From contig JALHMH010000018.1 of assembly GCA_022844165.1 (NCBI GenBank), positions 1 through 64,000 on the forward strand: a stretch of 64,000 nucleotides of DNA. Reading direction: 5' to 3'. The position numbers and the translations under genes were made by a program. Under the pieces are notes generated by a model. It was not told where the DNA came from, searched no databases, and saw nothing but the letters and a program-made list of their open reading frames with translations. The DNA is from Lysobacterales bacterium. Lineage in GTDB: Bacteria; Pseudomonadota; Gammaproteobacteria; Xanthomonadales; SZUA-5. Position 1 is the first letter of the stretch. Each line of letters begins with the position of its first letter. Below are positions 37,849 to 47,508 of the stretch, piece by piece.

Positions 37849-40800
37849 ATGCGCCTGCTCGTGCTGCTCTTCCTGCTACCTTTCCAAGCCTTCGCCCAGA
37901 CGCCAACGACGCCGCGCGAGTCGCCGCCGCAGATCTGGATTGACCCGAGCGCTGGGGACCTCAAACCCATCGTACTGGGCGATGTGACGATCGACATCCG
38001 AACTTCTGGTTTCATCGCCCGCACGTCCATAGAGCTGCGTTTCGACAATCCGAATTCGCGTGTGCTCGAAGGCGAGTTTGTGTTCCCGTTGAGCGCTGGT
38101 CAGACGGTGGCAGGTTACGCGCTGGAGGTGAACGGCGCGATGCGCGAGGGTGTCGTGGTGGAGAAGGAAACGGCGCGGGTGGCGTTCGAGGACATCACGC
38201 GCCAGCAGGTCGATCCGGGACTGGCGGAAATCACCCAGGGCAATGTGTTTCGCACGCGGCTCTATCCGATTCCGGCGCGAGGCAGCAAACGCGTGCGACT
38301 GTCGTTCGAGCAGGTGATGAGCAATGGCGATAAGGCTTGGCGGTATGAGCTGCCGCTGCATTTCACGCAGACGGTGGGACGCTTTACGGTGCGGGTGCGC
38401 GCGGCTTTGGCGAGCGCCGCGCCGAGTGGCGGGGAGTTTGCGTTCGAGCGCGCGGGCACCGAGTGGTTTACCGAACTGACGCGCGAGAATGTGACGCCGC
38501 AGCGGCGCTTGCAGTTCGACATTCCGAAGGGCGAGGGCAGCCAGATCGTCGAAGCCGTCGATCCGATCGAGCCGCAGTGGCGCAGCGTGGTCGCGCTGAT
38601 CGCGCCGCCGGCGGTCAAGGATGTGGTGATCCCCAAACGTCTGGCGTTGTTTGTCGATGCTTCCGCCAGCGCGCGCGATCAGGATTGGGCGCGCGTCAAC
38701 GCGGTGCTGCGGCGCTATTTCGAGCGCATCGGTTCGGCGGAGGTGCGACTGGTGGTGTTTCGCAATGAGGCCGATCCCCCGCAAACCTTTGCCGTGCGCG
38801 GCGGGCGAGCGCCGGAACTGCTGGCGGCGTTGGCAGCGCTGACGTTCGATGGCGGATCGAGCTATGGGTCGCTGACGTTGCCGGCGGGCAGCGATGCGGC
38901 GCTGATCATCGGCGACGGCCTGAGCAACTTCGGCACCGCAACGGCGACGCTGCCGGTACCCACCACCGCACTGCACGCCGCACAGCGCTTCGATACGGCG
39001 CACTTGCAGCGTCTTACGCGCGGCGCGGCGGTGGTCGATGCGCATGGCGATGTCGACGCTGCCAGTGCGGCGCTGCTGGGCGCCGTGTGGCGGATGAACT
39101 CGCGTGGCAATTGCGAGCAGCAGCATTTGGAAACGCGCCTCGGGCAGCTCATCTGGTACGGGCGCTGCAAGGGGCAGGGCACACTGGCGCTGACGTTGGC
39201 GAAGGGCCGCGAGCGTGCCGAGGTGCCGATCGCATTCGGCGTTGGGAACAGCGATCTCAACGAGACCGTGCATCGGCTCTGGGCGCAGTCGCAATTGGCG
39301 GAGTTGGGTCGCAGCAGCCCGACCGATCGCGCTGCGATGATCGCACTCGGCAAGCGCTATGGCGTGGTCACCGAGGGCACCTCGCTGCTGGTGCTCGATC
39401 GCGTTGAGGACTATGTGCGTTATCGCGTCGAGCCCAGGGAACCCGAACTGCGCGCGCAGTACTTGCAGCAACTGGCGGCGCTGCCGAAGACGCCGGCCGA
39501 TCCGGATCGCGCGCAGCGTATCGCGCAGTTGATTCAGCGCTGGCAGGCGTTCAAGGCCTATCACGCGGCGAGCTATCCGAATGTGGAGAGCGTGCTGGTG
39601 CCAATCGCGGAGCAGGAATCGGCGGCGTGGCCGAATACGCACATCAAGGATGTTGCAGCAGGCTTTCAACAGGCGCAGGCGTTGCTGACGGATGCGCGCA
39701 CGTTGGTGTCGCGGTTCGCGCGCGATGGCGCGGAGCCGGATTCGGCCGCAAAGTGGCGGCGGGAAGCGAGTGCGTTGATGATGGCCATTGAGGCGCTGCG
39801 CAAGCGGCGCGAGTCGATGCCGTTGGTGGCGCAGGCTGCAGATGAGCTGGCGCGCGAACGCGATGACTCGAATGTGGTGTCTTCCCGTGCTGTCGCGCAA
39901 AGTGCGCCACGCGAAGAGCTGGTGATGGCGGCCGGTTTCGCGGCCGATGCACCACGCGCGGCGGCGCCGCCGTCCCCGGCTGCTGCAGCCGTCGCCGAAT
40001 CGATGGAACCCGTTCTTGCCGAAAACAAAGCCGTCGGCGGCAGCGCGACTGAGCTCGAGCCTGTGCGCGCCACCATCGAGCTGACCGGCTGGACGCCCGA
40101 CTCGCCCGATGTTCTTGCGATCCGCGAGGCGCGCGATAGTTACGCTGCGTACTTATCGGCGCGGGAACGACTTGCAAGTTCGCCGGCGTTCTTCTTGGAT
40201 GTGGCGGATGTTCTGCGCGGCAAGAAGCAGGATCGACTAGCGCTGCGCGTGCTGTCGAATCTCGCCGAGATGGACGTGGACAACGCCGCGCTGGTGCGTG
40301 TTCTCGCATATCGCCTGAGCGAGTGGGAGCGCTTCGATCTGGCGGTGCCGCAATTCGAAAAAGCGCTGGCGTTGCGCGGCGAGGAACCGCAGAGTTATCG
40401 CGATCTGGCATTGGCGCTGTACCGCCAACAAGCACCCGAACATCACCGCGCAATCGATCTGTTGTGGCAGGTCGCTACTGGCGATTGGCATGGGCGATTT
40501 CCGGATATCGAGCTGATCGCGCTGCATGAGATGAATCAGGTGCTGGTAAGCGCGCCGGGCGCGACAGCGAGCGTCGCGCGATTGGGCATTGCGCCGGAGC
40601 TGATCGATCCGGTGGCCGTCGGATTGCGCGTGGTGTTGAGCTGGGACGCGGATAACACCGACATCGATCTGTGGGTGGTCGATCCGAGCGGCGAGAAGGC
40701 GTATTACAGTGACCCGGAAACGCCCACCGGTGGTCACGTCAGCCGCGATTTCACGCAAGGCTATGGGCCAGAGGTGTTCACCATCCGGCGCCCGTTGCCG

Positions 40801-40983
40801 GGCACATATGTTGTGCTCGCGAACTACTACGGCGATCGGCGGCAAAGCCTCACCGGGCCGGTGACGCTGCAGCTCGAATTCCAGACGCGATTCGGGACGG
40901 CGGCGAGCACACGAGCGGTGACCACGCGGCGCTTGAGCGAGGGCAAGGAGACCATCGAGATCGGGCGGTTTACGGTCGAATAG
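37849..40983 (+). CDS. Secreted VIT + vWA-like + TPR + DUF2135-like protein
   Basis: Signal peptide; FDNPNSRVLEGEFVFPL and DPGLAE VIT motifs; VDASAS and IGDG vWA motifs; TSLLVLD; LSWDADNTDIDLWVVDPSGE...GYGPE. Confidence 0.85.
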   Translation: MRLLVLLFLLPFQAFAQTPTTPRESPPQIWIDPSAGDLKPIVLGDVTIDIRTSGFIARTSIELRFDNPNSRVLEGEFVFPLSAGQTVAGYALEVNGAMREGVVVEKETARVAFEDITRQQVDPGLAEITQGNVFRTRLYPIPARGSKRVRLSFEQVMSNGDKAWRYELPLHFTQTVGRFTVRVRAALASAAPSGGEFAFERAGTEWFTELTRENVTPQRRLQFDIPKGEGSQIVEAVDPIEPQWRSVVALIAPPAVKDVVIPKRLALFVDASASARDQDWARVNAVLRRYFERIGSAEVRLVVFRNEADPPQTFAVRGGRAPELLAALAALTFDGGSSYGSLTLPAGSDAALIIGDGLSNFGTATATLPVPTTALHAAQRFDTAHLQRLTRGAAVVDAHGDVDAASAALLGAVWRMNSRGNCEQQHLETRLGQLIWYGRCKGQGTLALTLAKGRERAEVPIAFGVGNSDLNETVHRLWAQSQLAELGRSSPTDRAAMIALGKRYGVVTEGTSLLVLDRVEDYVRYRVEPREPELRAQYLQQLAALPKTPADPDRAQRIAQLIQRWQAFKAYHAASYPNVESVLVPIAEQESAAWPNTHIKDVAAGFQQAQALLTDARTLVSRFARDGAEPDSAAKWRREASALMMAIEALRKRRESMPLVAQAADELARERDDSNVVSSRAVAQSAPREELVMAAGFAADAPRAAAPPSPAAAAVAESMEPVLAENKAVGGSATELEPVRATIELTGWTPDSPDVLAIREARDSYAAYLSARERLASSPAFFLDVADVLRGKKQDRLALRVLSNLAEMDVDNAALVRVLAYRLSEWERFDLAVPQFEKALALRGEEPQSYRDLALALYRQQAPEHHRAIDLLWQVATGDWHGRFPDIELIALHEMNQVLVSAPGATASVARLGIAPELIDPVAVGLRVVLSWDADNTDIDLWVVDPSGEKAYYSDPETPTGGHVSRDFTQGYGPEVFTIRRPLPGTYVVLANYYGDRRQSLTGPVTLQLEFQTRFGTAASTRAVTTRRLSEGKETIEIGRFTVE

Positions 40984-41177
40984 GCGCTGCGCTACTCGGC
41001 GCCGGGCGAGAAAAGTAACGATTTGCCGGGATCAAGTCGTTCGGCGTTTCGATCTATGCTCCTCACACACTGTGCATCCGCACCGAATTTCGGTATCGCG
41101 TGGTGCCGGCGAACCGAGCGTCCTGCGTCCGATTTGTTCCGGACGTTCCGCGGTGTTTGAACTTCGAAGGGGGATTT

Positions 41178-44100
41178 ATGCGATCAGTAACGTTGGCTGC
41201 GGCGCTTGCCGCATTGTGTTCGTCCTGGGCAAGCGCGCAAACCGAAAGCGAGCCGTTGTCTTTCCTCACCGAGAAGCCGTGGTCATTGAGCCAGCACGGG
41301 CCAATACTGGGTGCCGAGGCGGCCAATCGGGCGCTGAGCTGCGCATTGGCAAAAAGCCCGATCGCGCGCATGGCGCTGCCCAAAGGGGGTCAAATCGCGC
41401 TCACCAAACCTGAGCCCGGCGCTGACCTCGCGATCCCGGACAATTACCGCAGCGCCAGCGGCAAGCACAAGTTGATGGTCAGCGGCGTTGGCTTTGGCGC
41501 GCTCAAGTCCATCGGTGCGGACAACATCCAAGACTATGGCAGCTTCCTGGTGGCTGATGTCGATGCGCGCGCCGTGAGTGCATTGAAAGCGCTGAGCAGC
41601 ACCGAGCCGACGTATGTCGATTACCAGAATCTGATTCAGATCGGGCAGCGCTTGTTCGATACCACCGACGCTGCGGTCAAAGCGCGGTCGCGCGACGCCA
41701 GCGAGTCCGGGCAACGGATCGTGCAGTTTTCGGGCCCGATCAAGGACGAGTGGTACGCAGCTCTGCAGGCCACCGGCGCTGCTATTGTCGGCTACCTGCC
41801 GAGCAATGCCTATGTCGTGGCAGGCGGCGCGAAGGAACTAGAGCGCGTGCAACGCTTCGCCCGCGAGGCCAGTTACGTGCAGTGGCAAGGGCCGGTGTTG
41901 ATCGAAGACAAACTCACAGTTGGAGCGGATCAGCACCTGAAGTCGTTGCGCCCCGGCGAACCTGCGCCAGGCGGCATCTACACAGTACAGGTGTTGCGCG
42001 ACACGCCCATGAGTGTACAAACGCGCGCACTCATCACCACCAGCGCTACCGGCCGGATCATCAACGAATACGACATTCTCGAATACACCAATATCTTGCT
42101 GCCGCTCAGCGTCGCGAGCTTACGTGAGATCGCGGCGCGACCGGATGTCGTAGTGGTCGAGTCTTATGTGTCCCCTACCAAGCTTGACGAACGCCAGAAC
42201 ATGATCGTCGCCGGCAATATCACTGGTAACGGCCCGACGCCAGGCGACTACTTCAGTTTGCTCTCTACCTGGGGCTTCAACCAGGCGCAGTTCACCACGT
42301 CCAACTTCGGCGTCGATGTCTCGGACAGCGGCATCGACAACGCCACCACCACACCGAACCACTTTGGGCTGCGACTCGCCGGCGCGATCGGCGGCACCAG
42401 CCGCGTTGTCTACAATCGCCTCGAAGGCACGGCGAACGTGGGTTCGACGCTGCAAGGATGCGATGGCCACGGCAATCTCAACGCGCACATCATCGGCGGC
42501 CACACCGGATCGCGAACCGCGGCACCGCATGCCGACGCACAAGGTTTCCGCTATGGATTGGGCGTCAACCCGTTCATCAATCGGATCGGCAGCAGCGTGA
42601 TTTTCGATCCCAGTACCTTCACGAACCCCAATCTGCCGAATCTGCAATCGCGCGCTTACAACGATCAGATGCGGCTGAGCAGCAACAGTTGGGGTTCCGC
42701 CGCTAACGGCGCCTACACCACAACATCGCAAACCTTCGACGCGCTCACGCGCGACGCCCAACCCACCGGAAGCACCTTCGCCAACGCCGGAAACCAACAA
42801 ATGGTGGTGCTGTTTGCGGCCGGCAACAGCGGACCCGGCGTTGATACGATGGGCGCCCCGGGAACGGCCAAAAACGTGATCACGGTGGGCGCGTCCGAGA
42901 ACGTCCATCCCTTTGGCGCCGCGGACCAATGCGGCACCACGGACAGCGGCGCCGATAACCTCAACGACATTATCGCTTTCAGCTCGCGCGGCCCGACCGA
43001 CGACGGTCGTGTCAAGCCGGACATCGTCGCGCCCGGTACGCATGTCTCCGGCGGCGTCTTTCAAGCGACGCACTCCGATGCCGGCAACGGCGCGGCAGCC
43101 GCCTGTTTCGACGCGAGCGGGGTTTGTGCCGGCCCTGGCGCCAGCGATTTCTGGCCGCTGGGCCAGCAGTTCTACACGGCCTCCTCGGGCACCAGCCACT
43201 CCACACCCGCCGTCGCTGGCGGCGCGTCGCTGGTGTACCAGCAGTTCCTCAACAACCCGACGTACCTGTCCGATCGTCTGCCGGCCGGCGCCCAACCGCC
43301 GAGCCCGGCAATGGTCAAGGCCTATTTGACCAATACCACGCGCTACATGACCGGGGTGAGCGCGAACGACAACTTGTACTCGAATAACCAAGGCATGGGC
43401 CTGATGGATCTCGGCCGGGCATTCGACACCACGCCGCGCATCATTCGCGACCAGGTGGCAGCGCAAGCGTTTGCCAACACGGGCGAATTGCGAGTGTTCA
43501 CCGGCAGTGTCAGCGACGCATCGCGGCCGTTCCGCGTGTCGTTGGCGTGGACCGACGCACCGGGTGCGACCACTGGAAACAGCTTCAGCAACAATTTGGA
43601 TCTGACGGTTACGATCGCTGGCCAAACCTATCGAGGCAACGTTTTTTCGGGCGCACTGTCGGTGCCTGGCGGTTCGGCTGATATCGCTAACAACCTCGAA
43701 AGCGTCTTCCTGCCGGCCGGCTTTCCGGTTGGTACGCCATTTTTGGTCACCGTCAGGGCCACCAACATCACCGCGAATGGCATTCCGAACGACGGCGCCG
43801 CCGACCCGACGGACCAGGACTTTGCGCTGGTCGTCTACAACGGCGCGACCGCGTCGTTGCCGGTGATCCAGGGAACGGCCACGATCGTCGGCGGAACCTG
43901 TCCTGCCAACGGCACGGCGCCCGATCCGGGCGAGACCCTTGAAGTCAGCATTGCGCTGCAAAACATTGGTACGGCCAACACCGGCAACCTGAACGTGCAA
44001 CTGCTGAACCAGAGCGGCGTCACGCTGGCCTCGGGCACGCCCGTCAACTACGGCACGCTCGTCGCCGGTGGTGCTTCTGTTGCTCGTGCGCACGGTCTGC

Positions 44101-45851
44101 GCGTGGATCCAGCCCTGGTCTGCGGCAACAGCTTCACGCCGATCGTGCGCATGAACGATGGTGGCGCCGTCGTGAATCAGGATCAGAGCTTGAACACCCA
44201 GATCACAGGCGTAGCCAACATTCCGTTGGCTGAGAACTTCGACGGGGTGGTTGCCCCGGCCTTGCCGGCTGGCTGGACCGCGTCGCTGCCGCTCGGCAGC
44301 GGCCCGACCTGGACGACGACAACTACGCTGCCCAGCGACAGCGGAACTAATAAGATCTTTACGCCAAATCCCGCCACGCCCTCCGACAGTCGGATCAACT
44401 CGCCATCGGTCGCCATTCCGGCCGGGCCGACTGCATCGGTGCTCGTGTTCCGCCACCGCTTCTTGACTGAGAATCGATTCGATGGTGGCGTGTTAGAGAT
44501 CTCCATCGGCGGTGGCGCTTTCGCTGACATCATCACGTCGGGCGGTACCTTCGTTGCCGGCGGCTACACCAATACGCTGAGAACGGACCTCGGAACGACC
44601 AATCCGCTCGCAGGGCGTTCGGCCTGGACGGGCACACAGACCGCCTTCGGCACGGTGCAGGTCACGCTGCCCCTCAGCGCCAACGGCCAGAACATCGTGC
44701 TGCGCTGGCGCTTTGGAACGGATAACCTGGTCAATGCGACGGGCTGGTTCGTCGATTCCATTCAGATATCGTCCGGGCGCACATGCGTCTTGGGATGCCA
44801 GGGCACAACGATGTCGATCAATGATGTGAGCGTCAGCGAAGGCAACAGCAGCACTACGTCGATGACCTACACGGTGACGCGCAGCAATCCGCTGCTCACG
44901 CAGTCGGTCAGCGCGCAGACGATCGCTGGCGGCACCGCTACAGCGCCAATCGACTTCACAGCCGTGGGTCCGACGACGCTGACCTTCAGCGGCGCCCAGA
45001 CCACCCAGAATTTCACAGTGTCCGTGAACGGCGATAACGACGTGGAGACTGACGAAACGGTGTTCGCACAGCTGAGTGCGATCACCGGCGGCGTGGCGCT
45101 GACGGATCCTGATGGCATCGGCACCATCCTGAATGACGACAATGCCATTGCAACGACGACCACCATCACCAGCGATGCGCCCGATCCTTCCACCGCCGGT
45201 CAGCCGTATGCGGTGAATGTGACCGTGTCGAGCGGCAGTGTGTCGCCCACGGGCAGCGTGACGGTGAGCGATGGCACCATCAGTTGCGGCCCCGTGGCAC
45301 TGCTTCCCGGTACCGCGCCCAACAGCACCGCCTCGTGCAACTTGAGTAGCACCACCGTTGGCGCGCTCACACTGACAGCAACCTATGCGCCGTCGGGTTC
45401 GTTCAGTGGCAGCACCGATACCGAACCGCATACGGTCAATCCCGCGGCGAGCGGTGGCGATGTCAGCGTGACCTTGACCGACGCGCCCGATCCGGTGTCC
45501 GCGGGCGGCCAGCTCACCTATGTTGCAACGCTGACCAGTAACGGTCCGGGTAATGCCGATAACGCCAGCATCTCGCTGCCGTTGCCGGGCACAACCGTAC
45601 TGGTGTCGGCCAACGCTGGCGCCGGCGGCAGTTGTAGCGGCAACCCGGTGGTTTGTACCTGGCCAGGCGCAACCGCACCCAGCACCACGCGCATCGCGAC
45701 GATTGTCGTCACCGTGCCGGCCTCGGCCAGCGGTACCCTGAGCGCCACCGTCACTGCAGGCGCCAGCAACGATGGCAACGTGGGCAATAACACCGCTGGC
45801 ACCACCACCTTGATCTCGCGCCGACGCATTATTCCGCCGCCGGGACCGTAA
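41178..45851 (+). CDS. Secreted S8 subtilase with Calx-beta, Ig-like and DUF11-like domains
   Basis: Signal peptide; SDSGID, HGNLNAH, FAAGN, FSSRGP..DGRVKPD, SGTSHS; SINDVSVSEG Calx-beta; DAPDPV..GGQLTY..NN DUF11-like. Confidence 0.9.
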   Translation: MRSVTLAAALAALCSSWASAQTESEPLSFLTEKPWSLSQHGPILGAEAANRALSCALAKSPIARMALPKGGQIALTKPEPGADLAIPDNYRSASGKHKLMVSGVGFGALKSIGADNIQDYGSFLVADVDARAVSALKALSSTEPTYVDYQNLIQIGQRLFDTTDAAVKARSRDASESGQRIVQFSGPIKDEWYAALQATGAAIVGYLPSNAYVVAGGAKELERVQRFAREASYVQWQGPVLIEDKLTVGADQHLKSLRPGEPAPGGIYTVQVLRDTPMSVQTRALITTSATGRIINEYDILEYTNILLPLSVASLREIAARPDVVVVESYVSPTKLDERQNMIVAGNITGNGPTPGDYFSLLSTWGFNQAQFTTSNFGVDVSDSGIDNATTTPNHFGLRLAGAIGGTSRVVYNRLEGTANVGSTLQGCDGHGNLNAHIIGGHTGSRTAAPHADAQGFRYGLGVNPFINRIGSSVIFDPSTFTNPNLPNLQSRAYNDQMRLSSNSWGSAANGAYTTTSQTFDALTRDAQPTGSTFANAGNQQMVVLFAAGNSGPGVDTMGAPGTAKNVITVGASENVHPFGAADQCGTTDSGADNLNDIIAFSSRGPTDDGRVKPDIVAPGTHVSGGVFQATHSDAGNGAAAACFDASGVCAGPGASDFWPLGQQFYTASSGTSHSTPAVAGGASLVYQQFLNNPTYLSDRLPAGAQPPSPAMVKAYLTNTTRYMTGVSANDNLYSNNQGMGLMDLGRAFDTTPRIIRDQVAAQAFANTGELRVFTGSVSDASRPFRVSLAWTDAPGATTGNSFSNNLDLTVTIAGQTYRGNVFSGALSVPGGSADIANNLESVFLPAGFPVGTPFLVTVRATNITANGIPNDGAADPTDQDFALVVYNGATASLPVIQGTATIVGGTCPANGTAPDPGETLEVSIALQNIGTANTGNLNVQLLNQSGVTLASGTPVNYGTLVAGGASVARAHGLRVDPALVCGNSFTPIVRMNDGGAVVNQDQSLNTQITGVANIPLAENFDGVVAPALPAGWTASLPLGSGPTWTTTTTLPSDSGTNKIFTPNPATPSDSRINSPSVAIPAGPTASVLVFRHRFLTENRFDGGVLEISIGGGAFADIITSGGTFVAGGYTNTLRTDLGTTNPLAGRSAWTGTQTAFGTVQVTLPLSANGQNIVLRWRFGTDNLVNATGWFVDSIQISSGRTCVLGCQGTTMSINDVSVSEGNSSTTSMTYTVTRSNPLLTQSVSAQTIAGGTATAPIDFTAVGPTTLTFSGAQTTQNFTVSVNGDNDVETDETVFAQLSAITGGVALTDPDGIGTILNDDNAIATTTTITSDAPDPSTAGQPYAVNVTVSSGSVSPTGSVTVSDGTISCGPVALLPGTAPNSTASCNLSSTTVGALTLTATYAPSGSFSGSTDTEPHTVNPAASGGDVSVTLTDAPDPVSAGGQLTYVATLTSNGPGNADNASISLPLPGTTVLVSANAGAGGSCSGNPVVCTWPGATAPSTTRIATIVVTVPASASGTLSATVTAGASNDGNVGNNTAGTTTLISRRRIIPPPGP

Positions 45852-45860
45852 CACGCCTGA

Positions 45861-45897
45861 CGCCTGGATCGCCCGGCACAGCCTGGCGATCCAGGCG
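45861..45897. terminator. 13-bp inverted repeat after the S8 gene
   Basis: CGCCTGGATCGCC-N11-GGCGATCCAGGCG; no U-tract. Confidence 0.5.
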
Positions 45898-46201
45898 CCA
45901 AAGCCGCTGAATTGGGGACAACACCGACTGCGCGGGCGAACGCTGCAGCGGGCATTGGAGCGTTTGCAGGAGAACGCTTCGCGGATGCCAGCTGTGCCTG
46001 GACACCAGACATCGAGAACGGTGGTGACGAGCAAGGCAGCATTCGTGCCGGCCCGGTTCATACATCGAAGAGCGAATGTCGATTGCAGACGACAGGATAC
46101 GGACGCCGCCGAAAAATCGTGTCGTTCGCGATGCATTGACCGCCGCAACGCTATGCTGTGCTCAGCGTCAGTGCCCAAAACCAAACCAGAGCCAGGTAAC
46201 G

Positions 46202-46753
46202 ATGTATAGCCGTACCAGTGAACCGGTCAAGTTCGAGCGCGACTGCGCTGCCGTGATGGTGCCGAGCGGCGAGACCGTCAGTTTGCCTGCTGGTAGCGTT
46301 GGCTACATCACGCAAGCGCTTGGCGGCAGCTTTACGGTGTATGTGGAGGGTAACCTGTTCCGCATCGCCGGCAGCGACGCCGACGCAATCGGCAAACCGC
46401 CCGTTGCTGCGCCGACACTGCCCGATGGCGCGACCAATGCCGATGTCGAGTCCCTGATCTGGGAGCAGCTGCGCACGTGTTTCGATCCGGAGATTCCCGT
46501 CGACATCGTTGAGCTCGGTTTGGTCTACGAATGCAACGTGTTTGCCGAGGACGACGGCCAGCGCCGTGTCGAGATCAAGATGACGCTCACAGCGCCGGGC
46601 TGCGGCATGGGCGAAACGCTGATCAGCGATGTGCGCAACAAGATCGAAATGATCCCAACAGTCGCACAAGCTGACGTCGATCTGGTGTTCGATCCGCCTT
46701 GGAATCAAAGCATGATGAGCGAGGCCGCGAAACTCGAGACTGGGATGATCTAG
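46202..46753 (+). CDS. sufT: Fe-S cluster assembly protein SufT (DUF59)
   Basis: ITQALGGSFTVYVEGNLFRIAG, DPEIPVDIVELGLVY, TLTAPGCGMG, VFDPPW. Confidence 0.92.
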   Translation: MYSRTSEPVKFERDCAAVMVPSGETVSLPAGSVGYITQALGGSFTVYVEGNLFRIAGSDADAIGKPPVAAPTLPDGATNADVESLIWEQLRTCFDPEIPVDIVELGLVYECNVFAEDDGQRRVEIKMTLTAPGCGMGETLISDVRNKIEMIPTVAQADVDLVFDPPWNQSMMSEAAKLETGMI

Positions 46754-46755
46754 CC

Positions 46756-47178
46756 GTGGCGCTCAGCATCAGGCGGTTAACGGAACAAGAGTATGCGTCG
46801 ATTCCCGACTTGTTCTTGCTGCTGGAGCCGCACCAGGACCCGGCACAGATCGCCGAGCGCTGTGCCGAGATGCGCCAGGCAGGCTGGTTCTGCATCGGCG
46901 CCTTTCAGGGCGGTACGCTGCAAGCGATGGCTGGCATTTCGTTGCGCACACACTTGTTCAGTGGCCGCGTGGCTTTCGTCGAAAACGTTGTGGTGTTGGA
47001 CGAATATCGGGGACGTGGGCATGGCCGATTGCTGATGGCATGGATCGAAGAATTTGCCCGCGGCCGCGGTTGCCGCATGGTGACGCTTGATGCGTATCAG
47101 AAGAACTTACCCGCCCGTGCGTTTTACGAACGCCTCGGTTACGACGCGCGCGGCGTGCATTTTGTGATCGAACTCTAA
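46756..47178 (+). CDS. GNAT family N-acetyltransferase
   Basis: VVLDEYRGRGHGRLLM acetyl-CoA motif, N..ARAFYERLGY. Confidence 0.88.
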   Translation: MALSIRRLTEQEYASIPDLFLLLEPHQDPAQIAERCAEMRQAGWFCIGAFQGGTLQAMAGISLRTHLFSGRVAFVENVVVLDEYRGRGHGRLLMAWIEEFARGRGCRMVTLDAYQKNLPARAFYERLGYDARGVHFVIEL

Positions 47179-47507
47179 CGAGGCTTCGCCTCAGACCGCC
47201 GAGCATTGCTGGCTTCGCCAGACACCGAACTTGCCACAACCCGCGCTTCGCGCGCCCCTTAACTTAAGGGGCTGCAAAAGCCAAAGCCGCTCCTAAGAAA
47301 ATTTGACTCAAATGACAAGATCCAGCTTCATCAAGGACTCTAGCGAGGCTTCGCCGCAGACCAACGAGCATTGTTGGCTTCGCCAGACACCGAACTTGCC
47401 ACAACCCGCGCTTCGCGCGCCCCTTAATTTAAGGGGCTGCAAAAGCCAAAGCCGCTCCTAAAAAATTCGACTCAAATGACAAGATCCAGCTTCATCAAGG
47501 ACTCTAG
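47172..47507 (+). repeat. Tandem direct repeat of two units (165 and 164 bp) bounded by ACTCTA(A/G)
   Basis: Units start at 47172 and 47337, with a third ACTCTAG at 47501; each unit holds a GCCCCTTAA-n-TTAAGGGGC palindrome; a few substitutions separate the copies. Confidence 0.92.
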
Positions 47508-47508
47508 G

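Noticed and set aside
45900-46200. Riboswitch or sigma70 promoter upstream of sufT
   Set aside because: No riboswitch consensus was recognised, and TTGACC and TATGCT are only 10 nt apart, too close for a canonical promoter.
47172-47507. Possible CRISPR array
   Set aside because: There are two long near-identical units with no unique spacers, and no cas genes in the window.
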